The translations under genes were made by a program, and so were the position numbers. From Vicugna vicugna (taxonomy: Eukaryota): DNA of 64,000 nucleotides. The notes under the pieces are model-generated. The model made no database searches. It worked only from the letters and a program-made list of their open reading frames with translations, and was not told the origin of the DNA. The first letter of the stretch is position 1. Every line of letters starts with the position of its first letter. This document shows, piece by piece, positions 1 to 13,538 of this stretch. Location: assembly GCA_013265495.1 (NCBI GenBank), contig MU058337.1:2758686-2822685 (forward strand), read 5' to 3'.

Positions 1-3000
1 TAAAAATAGAAATCTAAATACATGTGTCAACACTTACATGAATGGAAACACTGAATCTCCTCTTTCAGACCGAGCATCTCTTCTTAAAGTAGTCAGAGTA
101 GCATAATCAGGGTAAAGTCAAGTAATTGCCAGTGGGGTCTTGGACAAGACATTTCTTCTTCCACAAGCTTTTCCTTTTTTTGTTTGTTTGTCTGAAGTAC
201 CTCTTGCCATTGTCTTATAATGCTTATATTAAGAATTACATGGAATCTATATGGATCATAATTTTATTTAAATACAAAGCTCAACTTTCATTTTAAGTTG
301 AATTTAATTCACATCCCAAGAGAGGAAAAGGCTATTAATTTTTAGTCTGAATATGACCAAAAACATGACAAGTGATAACAGTGAGGGTTTATGGACATGA
401 TGCATGGTTATTCAATTATAATATTTGACTAAAAATAGTTTTTCTTACAATTCTAAAGAATTACAAATCAGAAAACAGATCTCAAAGTTATTGTCACAAA
501 TGTAGGTAACCTACTGGATTTGGGAGAGATGAAGATAATTTTAAATGGCAGATGAGTTCACATTAAACAGATGATAATTCTGGACATTTTAAATATGTAG
601 ACATATTTATTCAAATAAGAGCTGAAACATAAGATGAAATAGAATCACATTAATGAAGTTTTTGTTAATTATCAATGTATTAAGGATGACCTTTATCTTA
701 TTGTATATTTTATGTGATTTATCTAATTTAATCCAAGTAAATTACATCTAATAATCCTACTGATTAAAACATGTTTGGAGGTCCCTCTCATGTGCTAGTT
801 CACAAAATGAGCTGGAAAGCCTGGATTACTTTATTTCAATAATTTATTCCCTGATTCACTGAATAAGCACTTATTGTATGTTTACATGAGGCCATGTGAG
901 GTGTTTTATAAAGGTGGTTATAATTTAATAAAGGACTTATTAATACTTTCCCACCTGCATCTAAATCCATAATAAAGTAATATGTTTACTCAGTCATTTT
1001 TAATAGCAAGAGTGATCATTTTTAAAATTGCAATATTAATAATTTATTAAATATTCACATTGGGGCTTTAGCATACAAAGTATTGTGTTCTTTAAAATAA
1101 TCACCATGGAAGAATATACTTTTTCTACTTTTTGATACTATGTCTATAATATTCAGGAGTAAAATATAGAGGGCACCCTGACTATTCTAAATGAAGAAGT
1201 TATCTAAAAAGATTAATCTGATCTTCAGATCATCTGTGTCACTTATGAACAAGATCCTCTCATTTTACTTAATATGAAAAAATAATATTTCACCTCTACA
1301 TTTCCATTCAAGTCTTACTTCCCTGGGAAGATTTTTTTTTCCTGTCCTTTTTAGAGTTCCAGCTCAACAATCTTGCTTTCCTGAAATTACATCAGATCGC
1401 ATTCATACATCACTCGTGCAACACATTAATGCTTCCTGCCTCTCAGGAGTCTGACTCTTAATGAAGGGTCTTCTCCTTTGCGTCAGGTTATAAATGCCTA
1501 GAAGTTGTTACTTTCTTATGTTTCTGAGTATCTCAAGTAATAGTACCTTTTGCATGAAAATGGTAGGTTGATCAAAAATGTTAACTAACCATATATGGCA
1601 AATACAAATATAGATCCGACTTGATATTATAAAATGGTTCTAGGATCCACTTAAAATTGTGAATTAATCTCAAGTCCTGGGAGGCACTGGGTTAATTAAC
1701 AGATGAAATTGTAAAGAGGAAGGTTGAATGTGGAGACATAATACAGAGTTAGCGTTATATCCATGCCCTCTCCTAACTCATTTACTTATTTCTTGAAGCC
1801 ACAATGATTTAACCAATCATAAATTGATATAAACCAACTGTATGCTAAGAATTTTGTTGGCTCTGGGAATATAAAAAAAAGGAAGGTAAAGCTTTGCTTA
1901 CTTCTCCATGCTCAGGTTCTAGTTGAAACTTGTTTGTTAATTTTGTCAGTTCTCTAAAATTGAAAGCTTACAATCAATTTACCTTTTGTAAGTTAGTGCA
2001 ACCTCACTTTCACTAGAAGTCTTTTCCTGGATCTCTAGACATCCATGGTTAATAATTTCTCCCAACATAATACCAAACAACTCTATTTACAGCTCTCATT
2101 TTATCTTCTTATATTATAATTATGTGTTCTAATGATAGAGTTTCTTACTCAACAATTACTTATTTTCTTAAGAGTAGTGGATCCTCTGTCGGCAGTAAGT
2201 GATGGATAAACTAATGACTTGTACAAATACACAAATGGATGATAGAAAAGTGTAGTTCATGATAGGATAGTAATATAAAATGCTTGGATTAAAAATTATA
2301 GAGTTACCTGAAATAACTTACAAGAGGTATGAAAACAGTGCAAATAAACAAAAATAAAACTGTATTATGTGAGTAAGATGACCCGATGATTTGTTTTCCA
2401 AGCCAGGAGGATGTAAAAAGTGAAAAAGAGAGTCCCAAATAATCATGCCAAATAATATAGGCAGATCCAGGAACTCTCCAGACAGTCACTATGTTTGGAG
2501 GGACTAGATGCATATTGTTGATGCACAGAAGGATGCTTTCAAGCGAAGCTTTAGGGAAGGCTGTCCAGCAAAACAGTCTTATTAACCTTGTTTCACTTTA
2601 CTCATTCTGTTATAGAGGAAATTTCATTAAGGTCTCTTGCAACTAAAATAGAATTTTGCTCTTGTGAACAATCAGTCAACAAGTTTAACCTAAATATCAC
2701 AAATTAGATATAAACAAATCAACTGACAAAAATGAGAATATATACACATCCAGCTTTTGGAGCCAAGTAAGTATGCTAATTTGAGTGGGCACACACACAC
2801 AGAGAATTATATTCTAATCTATAGCATGATTTTTACAGCTTTTCTTTGCTCAGTAGAAGCTGGCATAATGTGTCTAGAAGAGAAAGAACACTACTACTGT
2901 TCTTTTTATTTCCAAGAATTCCAAAACACAGCTACAGATAAATAGCTCTCTAACATCAGCCATACAGTCACGATGCCCGATGTCTGGAACATTGATACAG

Positions 3001-3069
3001 GGTTCCCTGTTCAATATCCAGCCCTTCATTCTGGAAGCCACCCAGAATTGTATGTTTTTATACATCTTC

Positions 3070-3520
3070 TCTATCATTCTGCTCCACTCTCTCCATGAGT
3101 GATTATTCACTTCCATGCTTAACTAACATCTATGCACACTGATGATTCTGAGTTTCATCCTCAAGCCATAAGTGTCTTAGAAATATGTGCACCTTCTTTG
3201 TGACCATTTGATGTTAGCCATGGAGCAAGGGTTGGTAATTGTCCTCCAAGTTTGCTTTCTCTCCCCTCTTTCCTATCTTGGTTAAGAGCATCAAATATAA
3301 ATTTCAAATGATTTTTGAGACTTGCAACATCGATTGTCTACAAGTTCTTTACAATTCTTCACAAATTCTTCTTTATTTTCCATCTCTGACTTATGTCCGA
3401 AATACTTCACTATCTCCATACTGATTGCAGAATTCAGTTGAAAGATATGTAACATAGTGTACAAAGTCTGTCATAATTAGGCCCTTGTATTTATCTAGTT
3501 TGTTTTCTGTGACTTCACTA
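3070..3520 (+). mobile_element. L2 LINE fragment (degenerate)
   Basis: ctctccatgagtgattattcacttccatgcttaactaacatctatgcacactgatgattctg resembles the recalled L2 segment ctctccctaggtgatctcatccactcccatggcttcaactaccatctatatgctgatgactccc. Confidence 0.65.
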
Positions 3521-3569
3521 CAAACAAGTGTATGACCATAACGGCATCACAATGTCCATCTATTACTCA

Positions 3570-3990
3570 TGTATATGAGCACAGCTGGATTAGAGCATCT
3601 TTTTACATGCATGGTGAAACATTTCAGTTTTCTCTTCTGTGAATTATCCTTTCATGGCCTCTTTCAATTTTATTATCCTGTGACTTACTTTCTTCTTTTA
3701 AAACCTCTGTTCATCTTAAAATTTTACCTCTGGCTAAATTTTATGTTACATTTATTTTTGCAAATCGATTGGCTGTCCATTGATTTTGCTTATAGGGTAT
3801 ATTCTTATGCAAAGCTTTATTTTTATTAAGTCTAGCATGTCATGCTTTTATAGCACCTTGATATAAGTCTTCGTTAAGAAACTTTGCTCTTGTCTTACTT
3901 TTTAATTTCTTCAAGATATCCTCACATGGTGTTTATCTTGATGTTTTTGTTGTTTTAGTCTTTAACTATTTAATTCATTTGAATCCCTCA
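3570..3990 (-). mobile_element. Old L1M fragment (ORF2 3' region, antisense)
   Basis: gagcatctttttacatgc...ttctcttctgtgaattatcctttcatggcc is the typical T-rich antisense L1 ORF2 signature. Confidence 0.65.
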
Positions 3991-4019
3991 CCTTCCCCCT
4001 TTTCATAAAATATTCATAT

Positions 4020-4720
4020 GGTAAAGAATTAGAATTGGAGACATTAGCATGAACTGTTTAGTTTAATAGATATGGATGGTTACATATAGAAATATGTATA
4101 TATATGTGTATATACAGGTTAATACATGCATGTTTTCCCTTGCTCTGTCAGCTGAGAAGATATAGGGGCAATCATACCATCATAGCAATGAGCACACTTA
4201 GCTCAAAAATCCCGGATTCAAATATCATTTTCCAAAAATAGGAACCAGGATCCTTGGAGAAATGGTTGATTCTAGGACAGGGAAGCAAATATCCAAGATG
4301 AGCCTGGAACATCTTATAGGACCAGAACGTGAAGTACAACAAACAAGCTACAAACAAACAAACAAACACTATGCATATTGATGGGAATGTATCAACAGGA
4401 CACAGAAGCTTAATGAAAGAACACCCAAACATCAAAGCTTCAACGACTAAAGCAAAAACATCAATAAAGCAGTACCGGCGTATAACTCCAAATATAAAGA
4501 GGCAGCAATGAGTACATACTCCTATAAATGAAGGATTGGATAACGAAACCACAGGAGGTGAACAGACAAACCTGTGAAGAAGAGTGCTGTGTGTTTTATG
4601 TAGATGTTCCTCCCTTGAGTGTGGACTGCACGCAGCAACTTCCTTCCAAAGAGTACAGTATGGAAAGAGGGAAGAAAAAAAGTAACTTTATAGTGAAAAA
4701 CCCTGACAGACATATTTCAA
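4020..4720 (+). mobile_element. L1MC/L1MD 3' UTR fragment
   Basis: agcaatgagcacacttag...ggaaccaggatccttggagaaatggttgattctaggacaggg...caagatgagcctggaacatc and ttccaaagagtacagtatggaaag...agtaactttatagtgaaaaaccctgaca are characteristic of L1MC/MD 3' ends. Confidence 0.85.
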
Positions 4721-5639
4721 AACTGGTTGAAGTTATTTCCTTAGCTCACCATCAGCTACATGGGAGGTAGCTTTTTATTCACAAATGTTTCCATGGAAGT
4801 CTCAGTTGTAGAACTCCACTTCTCTCCCATGCTCAGTTCTGAGTTGAAGAATTACTTCCTATATCAAGATGATAACTTAGGAAAAGCTATGGTCTGAGAA
4901 CTTTTCAGGGACTAAAATTTCACTGCCACTCAGTATCTATCAAAAGCTTAGCCGAATGAAATTAGCTGCATTTCCATATTATTACCCCAATGAAATGAAA
5001 TCCATCAATTCTACTAAATATTCGGAAATGGTGGCCTTACTATAAAAATTAATAGATCCGTTTTTTTGATCATTATCCCTTGCCTAGGTTTTGGAACACT
5101 ATTACCTAAAATAGCCTAAAGTCTGCACTCCTTTCTCGCAAGCATTGTATTTACTGATTTTGTGCTCATTTTCTGAGCCCCTTCCCAAAACATTTTCAAA
5201 TATATCTCTAAGATGAGATCCAGAGACTCTACACCCAACCATCGCTGGCTGTGGATCAGTTATAATGGCTATCTGAAGCCTTGGTATTATTTGTCTGTTG
5301 TTGAGTTATGTTGCTGTGAATTTCCCTTTGGCTTGACTTATTTTCAAGGGTAATGGAAGAAATAGCAACCTTGTGCTCCTACCTGTCTCCACGGTAATGA
5401 TATTTGCTTGAGGATATTGTACATCATATTACATCCTCATCCTTAGGGCTCCTGGGAGAAAAATCTCTATACTCTTAATGTCAGGAAGAGGGAGAATGAG
5501 GACGGTGAATGCATGCTAAATTCTTTACCTTATTTTAGGAAGGAGTCCAAAGGTATTATATATAACTTAAATTTGATTCTGTTTGGAAATGTGGATTAAG
5601 GTAACATGGTGAGAAATACAAAGACAAATTTAAAAAATG

Positions 5640-6330
5640 TAATAAAGACAGGCTGGATTCCTTTCACTGGAGAAAATAAAACTAAACATAATACATATGA
5701 CAGAGAAAAAAACAGATGAAAATAGATAAAAGTAACAAAATTTTAAAATAAGGTGATTGAGATAAAACCATCTATATCAATTACAACAGAAATAGGTTAA
5801 GTTTTTAATAAGAAGCAAGTGATTTCATAAGGAGCTGTGCTCCCTGTAAGTTAGAAATGCCCTGGTTACTGTTCTGACCGGGGACACAGGTGCGTTCAGT
5901 GGAGCTGAATGCTTATGATTGGGCTTTTTATCTATTACTTCCTGTGTCTATCTTAACCAACTTTTTTTTTTAAGCTACGTATATGCAACATACAGTAGAC
6001 ACAACAAACACAACTGATATTTTTTAAAAATAAAGGTTGGGCTACGCCAGGCAGAAGAAAGAAGAAAATAAACTTGGCTCCATTAATATTAGAAATGAAG
6101 AATTCAAAAGAAAAGGCCTTGAAAGAGATACAAAGGAAAATGTCATAAAAGGTACCATTTCAAAGAGTAAATGGTGATCATGAACGTTATAGCATTAAAT
6201 ATATAATAAATTAAATTTATATAAGGAGAAACTGAAAGAAATATTTATTGTGGAGGACTTTCACACATTACTTTTTTGATAAACCAAGTAAAAAGAAGTG
6301 AACAAGAACATTTGCAAAAACAAATGAAAC
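5640..6330 (+). mobile_element. Old L1M fragment, ORF2 endonuclease region (interrupted about 5830-5970)
   Basis: A-rich sense strand with gataaaaccatctatatcaattac, gatcatgaacgttatagc and attgtggaggactttcacac (decayed IVGDFN motif of L1 endonuclease). Confidence 0.6.
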
Positions 6331-8849
6331 ACCCATAGTTCCTTCCTCTAAGGCCATGGCTTGCACAAAACTTGTCTCATTTGTGACATCTGGATTTTAC
6401 TAAAAAGGTGATAGTAAGTAAAATTAATTTTTGACTAAATTAGCAAATTTGCGTACAATAGGGTTTCAGCTATTAAAAATAGAATTTTTGAATAATTCAG
6501 ATATTCAATGATTAAAGGGTACTCATATTGTCATTCAACATATCAATATTGATAATGCCTGAAATGACATAGCTTTGCAATTTACAAAATGCTCTCCATT
6601 TACAAATTAGATTCTCATACCAACCCTGTAAGGTGGGTCATTATCCTCATTTAGGGGTATTTATTAGTGCATACGTGTTCATAATTCATGATTTATGGTA
6701 TATACACCTTAAAATAGTATGCACTTTACCTGTGTTTTGCTCAGGCAATTGGTATTTAATTGTCACCTTCAACAAAACTAACTAAAACTGTGTCACACTT
6801 AAATAGAAAGTTCATTTCTTAATTTGCCAAATGTCTGCAGAGTAAGAGAAATAATTTGAGAAAATAACAAAATTGCACAGACACATCTGCATTCTGGTCA
6901 GCATGCAAAAATCTGTGAAATCGGGCTGACTTCCACCCAAACAACGTTTTGTAAATGGAAAATGAGAGTGCACAGAGGGATCCAATGCTGAACAGTTCCG
7001 TGGGTGTTTACCAAGGAGGAAAAATCAAACAGTAAGAGAAGTCAGGGCAGAAGATATTTCAGATTACAACTTTTACTCTAACATGTAGCTTATGGGGAAA
7101 AATAAAACTCTTAAATAATCTCTAACCTTTCTGCCAGATGTGGCTCTTCCTGTGCCATTCATCTACTCATAATGCTAATTTCTGAGATTGTAGATCAAAT
7201 AATGGATGCGATTTGATTTAATACTACTGTTTCTGTTCTTGGCCCTTTTTTTTTCATTTTATTTTGATTGTTCTGTTTAAGCCTTCCAGTATCTGTTAGG
7301 ATTCTTAGAGCTCACCCGTGTAAATACTCTCTTGAAGTAATACCATTTTACCGTGAATAGGTCTGTATCTTTGATAATCAGGCAATGTCATGGAACAAGG
7401 AAAACTTACTTGGTTTGCAGTTCTAGATTTAAGGATTGATCGTGGATTTCATCATCATATATTTTGCTCTAGCGATGATCAGGATCAACTCTTGAGACGA
7501 CCAGCTCTTTGACTATATGGGCACACAGCATAGATAAATTGTTGATAATAATCCATATCATTATTATTACCTCTACAGATTATGCACTTAATGAGGTCAC
7601 TACTGGAGGATCAGGAAATGGGGTTAGATGGTATTTTTCATTATAACTTTGAAGAAGGTCTTTCAAAAGCCTGGAGTATTGCATTTCTAAAATACTTCAA
7701 GATATTATACCTTGCAAAAATATCCCATAGCATTAAAGGTAATTTTTTTTTTGTAGAAAGGAAGGTTTTAAACATGAATTTCTTGAAAGTAAAAAAATTT
7801 TAGTAAAATTATATTAATATTTTTAATAGTTTAAACTTAAACAAGCAAGATTTATCTACTTGTAAGTAAATAAATTCATTGGCTGATTTTATAACTACAT
7901 TAAGGACCCAATAGAATTCAACTTTATTGTACTTAGAAGAAAAAATAATCTTTGTATCTTTTGAAAACAAGAAAGTAAAATATTGCCGTTGAAGACATTT
8001 GATTAGATAGTGAACAGCCATTAATTTATAAAAGAAATAAAAATGAACCAAAAAAAGAAAAAAACTCTGAAGAAAGAAAAATATGTCTGCTTCAAATGAA
8101 TAATAATAAATCTATATTTCAAATTCTCTTCATCAATACTGAAAATAAACAATCAATATTCCTATTGGAATAAAATTATATAAATGCATTATTTTACAAT
8201 AATATATTCAATATCTAAATAGCTACCACATATTTCACTACTATCATTTAAATATTATTCATTGAATATCATTTATAGTTAGTATGTCATTTTGACATAT
8301 TAATAATCTAGCTACATTGCTCTGTTAAATCAGTTCATTGACTCCATTACGTCTCCAAGCTTATGTGCTTCCTTAATCAAATGTTGTCTAATTACAAATT
8401 CAACTTATATTCAGGAAGTCAATGATCCAAAATTTATATTTTCATCCAGGTAGTGAATTTTAGTTACAAGTAATCTTATACAGGCAATATAATTTTAAAT
8501 TAAAATATCAACCCACCATGACAGAGACCAACATATTTTGAGTTGCTATGCCAGTTAAAACAGCATTAAATTAGTTTAATGAGATACAGCATTATTTCAA
8601 TCTCAGTACAAATTTTGAAATATGAGAAATATTTTATATTATTATGTACTCACAGCAGGATAAAAGGTAGTATATGATTAGAACATTCAATTCCTATTTA
8701 TGTACTGTACTCCTACACTGTGGAGTAAGTGAATGCTTACTATCATAATACAAAATAATAATATTGCCTGATATGTCAGAAGGAATAAATCTCCTTCAAG
8801 TTTCTCAGTGTAAAAATGTGGTATACATTGTTCAGATAAAGCAGTTCTC

Positions 8850-9950
8850 AGGTACGTTTCTCAAACTCTTCTCACTTTTTTTCCTTCTGAGACATTTGTA
8901 CGTAGGGTAGAGACATGATACAACTCTAAATCTTCAACGGGTACTCTAAATAAAGGGCATTTTTTCATAATCATAATGCCATTACCATGTTTAAAAACTT
9001 AACATTAACTAGTAATATAATCTAATATATGCCAAATAATTCCAGGTTCCCCTACTGTCCTGAAAGTCTTTTATAGCTTTTTTGTTTGTTTGTTTTTCTA
9101 TACAGGGTCCAATCTTTTTTGATGCACTTTTTTTCAGTTTTTTATCTTTGGTTTTTCATAATCTAAATAGTCTCAACTCTTTTTCTCCCCACAAAAGTGA
9201 AGTTTTAAAGATTCTAGTTCTAGTTTTCTTCTGAAACAATCAGATTTGCAACGTGCAATCAGATTTTGACCTGTTTCCCCGAGACTGGATTATGTACATA
9301 TTTTAGCAATAGTACAACACAGGTATTATGACCTTTGCGTTGCATGTCATCAGGAAGTGCTTAGTACGTTCCTGTCTCGGGTAGGAATCAGCTGTATTAA
9401 GATGGCGACTGCCAGGTCACTCACAGTAAAGAAACATATTTCACTTTGACATTGATACTTAGGTTTTGGAAGAGTACATTGAGACCATGTGAAAATCCTA
9501 TTCCCCAACTACCCAACTGAAGATTTTGCCTTGCAATTTTACATTGGAAATTACTTTTAAAATTGAGATATTCTAAGTGTATAATTTCTTCTATATTGAT
9601 TACAGGACATTTTCTGTGAAATTATTTTTTATTTTTATCCTTATCTTCTTGTATTTTAATCTTTTGATTGATCACTATGCACTCATCATTTTGCTTATTA
9701 TAAATGCCTAATATATTACCATGTTTTTCTCTTCCATGTTCAAATTAGTGGAGCTTGCATTCTCACATGACAAATAGCAACATCAGATCTTGAATCATCT
9801 ATTTCTCCAAGCAGCTCTCCCCAGTTTCATTTACTGGCCACTGGTTTTAGGAAATAAAGATTTAGACACTAGTTGTGCTCATTGATATGATACTGGGATT
9901 ATTGTTTTAAACCCATTTAGTGGACACGTATATCATGAGTGTGTACTGGT
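8850..9950 (-). mobile_element. L1MC4/5-like 3' UTR fragment
   Basis: aaagggcattttttcataatcataatgccattacc; ttgcatgtcatcaggaag; ttgagaccatgtgaaaatcctattcccc; atttctccaagcagctct are antisense L1MC 3' motifs. Confidence 0.75.
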
Positions 9951-10024
9951 ACGTATAGTTACAGTCTACACTTGGGCATACTTGTGATCAACTAAGGCGT
10001 TCAGGTTGCTCACTACTGCTTTCT

Positions 10025-11500
10025 CATTAGTCCAATAAGCACATCATCATCAATGGAACGTTGCAATGTTTGACAGAGTACAAAAACAAACAAACGTCCT
10101 TACGCTTGTGTGGTGATAGCCAAAGAGCTGAAATAGCACCATGATAAAATGAAATGTTCTGCTGCCCTATGAGATGGAAGCAAATTGCTTCTGGAGTATC
10201 TATATGGAAACAGATTTGTTGGGTCAAGAGATGCATACCAAACTCCAGCAGGCAAGGCAGAGATAGCCTATCAAAGTGACAGCTGTGAATGATGAGCATC
10301 TGATTAAGTTTAACAAAATCCAAAGTAAGAGATCTATCAATCTTGTCTTTGACCAACCAGGATAACAACAGGGATACAATAGGAATTCTTACCCTTCGAA
10401 TCAGCAAGGGTAGGAATTGTTGGGGCATTAATATCTGCAATTCCCCAGGAAAGCGCTATTGCTCTTGTTCTATTATTTTAGTGAGGGATTAGGGGGCCAT
10501 TAGTCCTACTTTACTCCATGGCCAATTAACCATATGGGTAATCTGTCCATAATGAAGCATATTTATCTCCCTTACCTATACTGAGACTAAGCACATAACT
10601 AGCATAGATTGGAGTCGGGCCAAGACTCCCTCCATAAGCCTCAGCATGACCACTTTGTGCCTTTAATGATGAAGATTTTGGTCTTTAGGTATTAATATTG
10701 GTTCATATTCAATAGCTAATAATCTCCAGATGGTCTATTTCCCTACCAGAGTACTGACACCTTCATAAAAGGCCACAGGATCCTCAAATAATGCTTAAAG
10801 GAAGATTCAGAGTCTACAGGTCTGACTTTGGTGCAGAATCTTTTCTCAAAAGGACTTAGACTCCCCTTCAGTTCAGGAGCTCCAGGTCTGTGAACAGATG
10901 TTCTCTGAGACCTAGGTAAGAAGCCGTGAATTCCCACAGCTGTTTCTCCATTGGGTTTCTCCTTACTACACATGGAAATTTTATGCTTGTGTGGGCACGT
11001 GTTTCCTTAGTAGGTTTCACTCCTATGGATCTGAGGATCCATTAACCACCAAAACTGATCACCGAGGTTCTTAACTCTACCTTCATTTCTCTGTCTCCAT
11101 TACTTTTTACTTACTGCTCACTTTGTCTCTCAGTGCCAAGAGTCACCACTTGATCTTTATAACTACAGCTTCCAAAATCAGGGAGCCAAATTCCATAATA
11201 CTTCTATTTTTACCACCAGCCTACAGAGGGTGGTCATCACAGAGGAAACTGTAGTTACAGAGTGGGTGAGTCAGTTCCACATAATTTGTCCACTCCAACA
11301 TCCCTTTTCCTGAACCTTTAGACCCTATTCACTTCTTGAATGAGTCAGGAAAGTTCCGATGTTTCAAATTCACTGTCTTTGGGAATGATGCAGTCCAGAC
11401 TCCAAGTAACCACCTATTAGGCTCTCATGTATTGGACACAATGTATCAATACCCAATTCAGCATAAATACATAAATATTCAGTATATTTGGTCTAATCTA
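10025..11500 (-). mobile_element. ERVL (class III ERV) internal remnant: gag-protease-RT, heavily decayed
   Basis: The minus strand reads, in ERVL order: gag (gggatgttggagtggacaaattatgtggaactgactcaccc), gag/pro junction (ttcacagacctggagctcctgaactgaaggggag), protease (gaggcttatggagggagtcttggccc) and RT ending ATT GAT GAT GAT GTG CTT ATT GGA (IDDDVLIG, compare YIDDIMLIG). Confidence 0.85.
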
Positions 11501-11739
11501 GTTTTAGAAGTGCCCTTCTACACTCCATACCTTCATGACTAGTTACTATACCTGTTACTTAAACTCCTGATAATTCAACTTAGCAAAATCTTGCATCATC
11601 AGTACAATCAATCTGCCACCGTTCACTCTCTGGCTATAATTATTTGTTTCCATTCCATACGTTCATCCTCATCACTAGAACCTTCAACGTCTCACCCAAC
11701 CACAACTGTGGGTACAGAATAATGACATCACATTTGATG

Positions 11740-11780
11740 TGGTTTTTTGTTTTGTTTTGTTTTGTTCTGTTTGTTTGTTT
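11740..11780. repeat. (TTTTG)n-type microsatellite
   Basis: ttttttgttttgttttgttttgttctgtttgtttgttt seen directly. Confidence 0.9.
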
Positions 11781-12724
11781 AGATATGACTCTCAATCCAG
11801 ACTTATGGAATAGAAACATTATTTGTCACCCTCACATTGAATATGCAATGGTGAAGTAGACAATAAAACCAAAGCAAACGGCATGGCCAGCTGTTAAGTA
11901 GCTGCTGAGATTAGAAGGAAATAGACTGAGTGGACCTTTAAACCAGTTGGGTGAGGGGGATGGTTGGAAGCAGCGTGTGTCGATGGAGAACATCAATCTT
12001 CTATGACAAGAGGATCCTAACATAGAGCCAATAAAAACAAAGAGTGCTGACCTATATGTAATATTGGATCAGTTCACAAACAGGGAAATAAAATCAGCAA
12101 CAGGAAATGATTGAGACATACATGTATAATATAGAATAAATATATGAAGAAAGTTCCAAGACATCAAGAGATTGTCCAATTCAAAATCTCAGAAAACATA
12201 TCTTTCATCACTGGGGAAATATCTCCACCATCATATATAAAAAGTATTGAAATAGTTCTTTCCAAAGGAACTAAGTATTCTTAAAATATTTGTCAGCTTT
12301 GAAATGCTTACGGACATTTTGGGGCTCTTTGCTGCAGTATTTGACTAAAACTCAGTCCTTTTAAGTTTAATTTCAAAGCAAACAAATACTTAAAAGCTTA
12401 TATGAATATGGAATTTTACATAACTAGCAAATAGATAATGCTACTGAACTGTATTATTTGTGCTTGCATTACAATAATATGCCAGTACTATGTTGTGAAA
12501 GTCTGTTAAAACTTTCTAAAATAAGCTGAAACCTAAAACTAATCCAGTATAAAAATTTAAATCCTTATTCAAAAATGTGATTGTAAATTGTTCAAACATA
12601 ACTCCTTGCTAACACTCGTGTCATTGAGAATTTTGAAAGTATGACTAATTACCTAGAAAGAAGTGAGTGTCAGTGTAAAGTGATTATTTTTCTTATGTGT
12701 ATCTGCATATTCAATAAATTAGGT

Positions 12725-12900
12725 TAGATCACATTATCCTGGAATTTTACAATGGCAAGAAAACTCAAAAGTCTCTGCTTTAGATCTCGTATCTTCAAAA
12801 CCAAAGTTCTTTAGATCAAATGACTTGCCTAAGGCCATGTAAAGGGTTAGCAGGAGTGAAACAAAACCCTACAGAGACACACTTTCTTACTCCTCCGTCC
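12725..12900 (-). mobile_element. MIR SINE fragment
   Basis: aatgacttgcctaaggccatgtaaagggttagcaggagtgaaacaaaaccc resembles the antisense MIR core. Confidence 0.55.
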
Positions 12901-13538
12901 AGCTTGAATTTTAGGTTAATGAGAAATAATAAACAGAAATACCATCCTCTTTATATCTTTCCGTAAAAGTGAGTTCTCTGTGAGAAACAAATTTTATTAT
13001 AAGGAAATAACTGGGCTAAGGTATGCAATAAAAAATCAGGTAATGCTGATATATCTAGAATAAATGGCTTTGGAAAAGACACTAGCTAGCATCATTAGAA
13101 GCAATGTAAAATATGAGTTGTCGAATTGGTACTCAGCATCTTAAGGCTACTCTAGTTCATTGTAGTATCATTATGGCATTGATGAGTGTGGGAAAAGCCT
13201 AAGAAAAGCTACTCAAGTGACATTGATAAATGTGGGAAGGACATGTGAATTTTTTCAGACTGATACTTTTTTTTTAACCCATCTGCAAGGCTGTTTTACA
13301 GGAAATGGCAATCTTCTCTGCTACTTACAGAAAATAATTGTATCTGGCCTGAAGACAGACTTTTAATAATGAAACCAGTTGTTTGTATCCACTTTCCATT
13401 GATCTTTTTTCTGAGAAAATATAATTATGCTAGCTGAGAAATTCTTTGCCACCCCTTTGTCATTAGTTTCTCACAGCCTCAGCCACTTTGGTGTGACAGA
13501 TTTCACCCTCTGATTACAGCATAAAGGAAATCACTCAC

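Noticed and set aside
4172..4770. Several overlapping ORFs of 60-126 aa
   Set aside because: All lie within an L1MC/MD 3' UTR fragment; they are chance frames.
1900..4848. Similar ~28-nt strings cttctccatgctcaggttctagttgaa (about 1901) and cttctctcccatgctcagttctgagttgaa (about 4818)
   Set aside because: Short and gapped; the first lies in probable L2-derived sequence. Not enough to claim a duplication or LTR pair.
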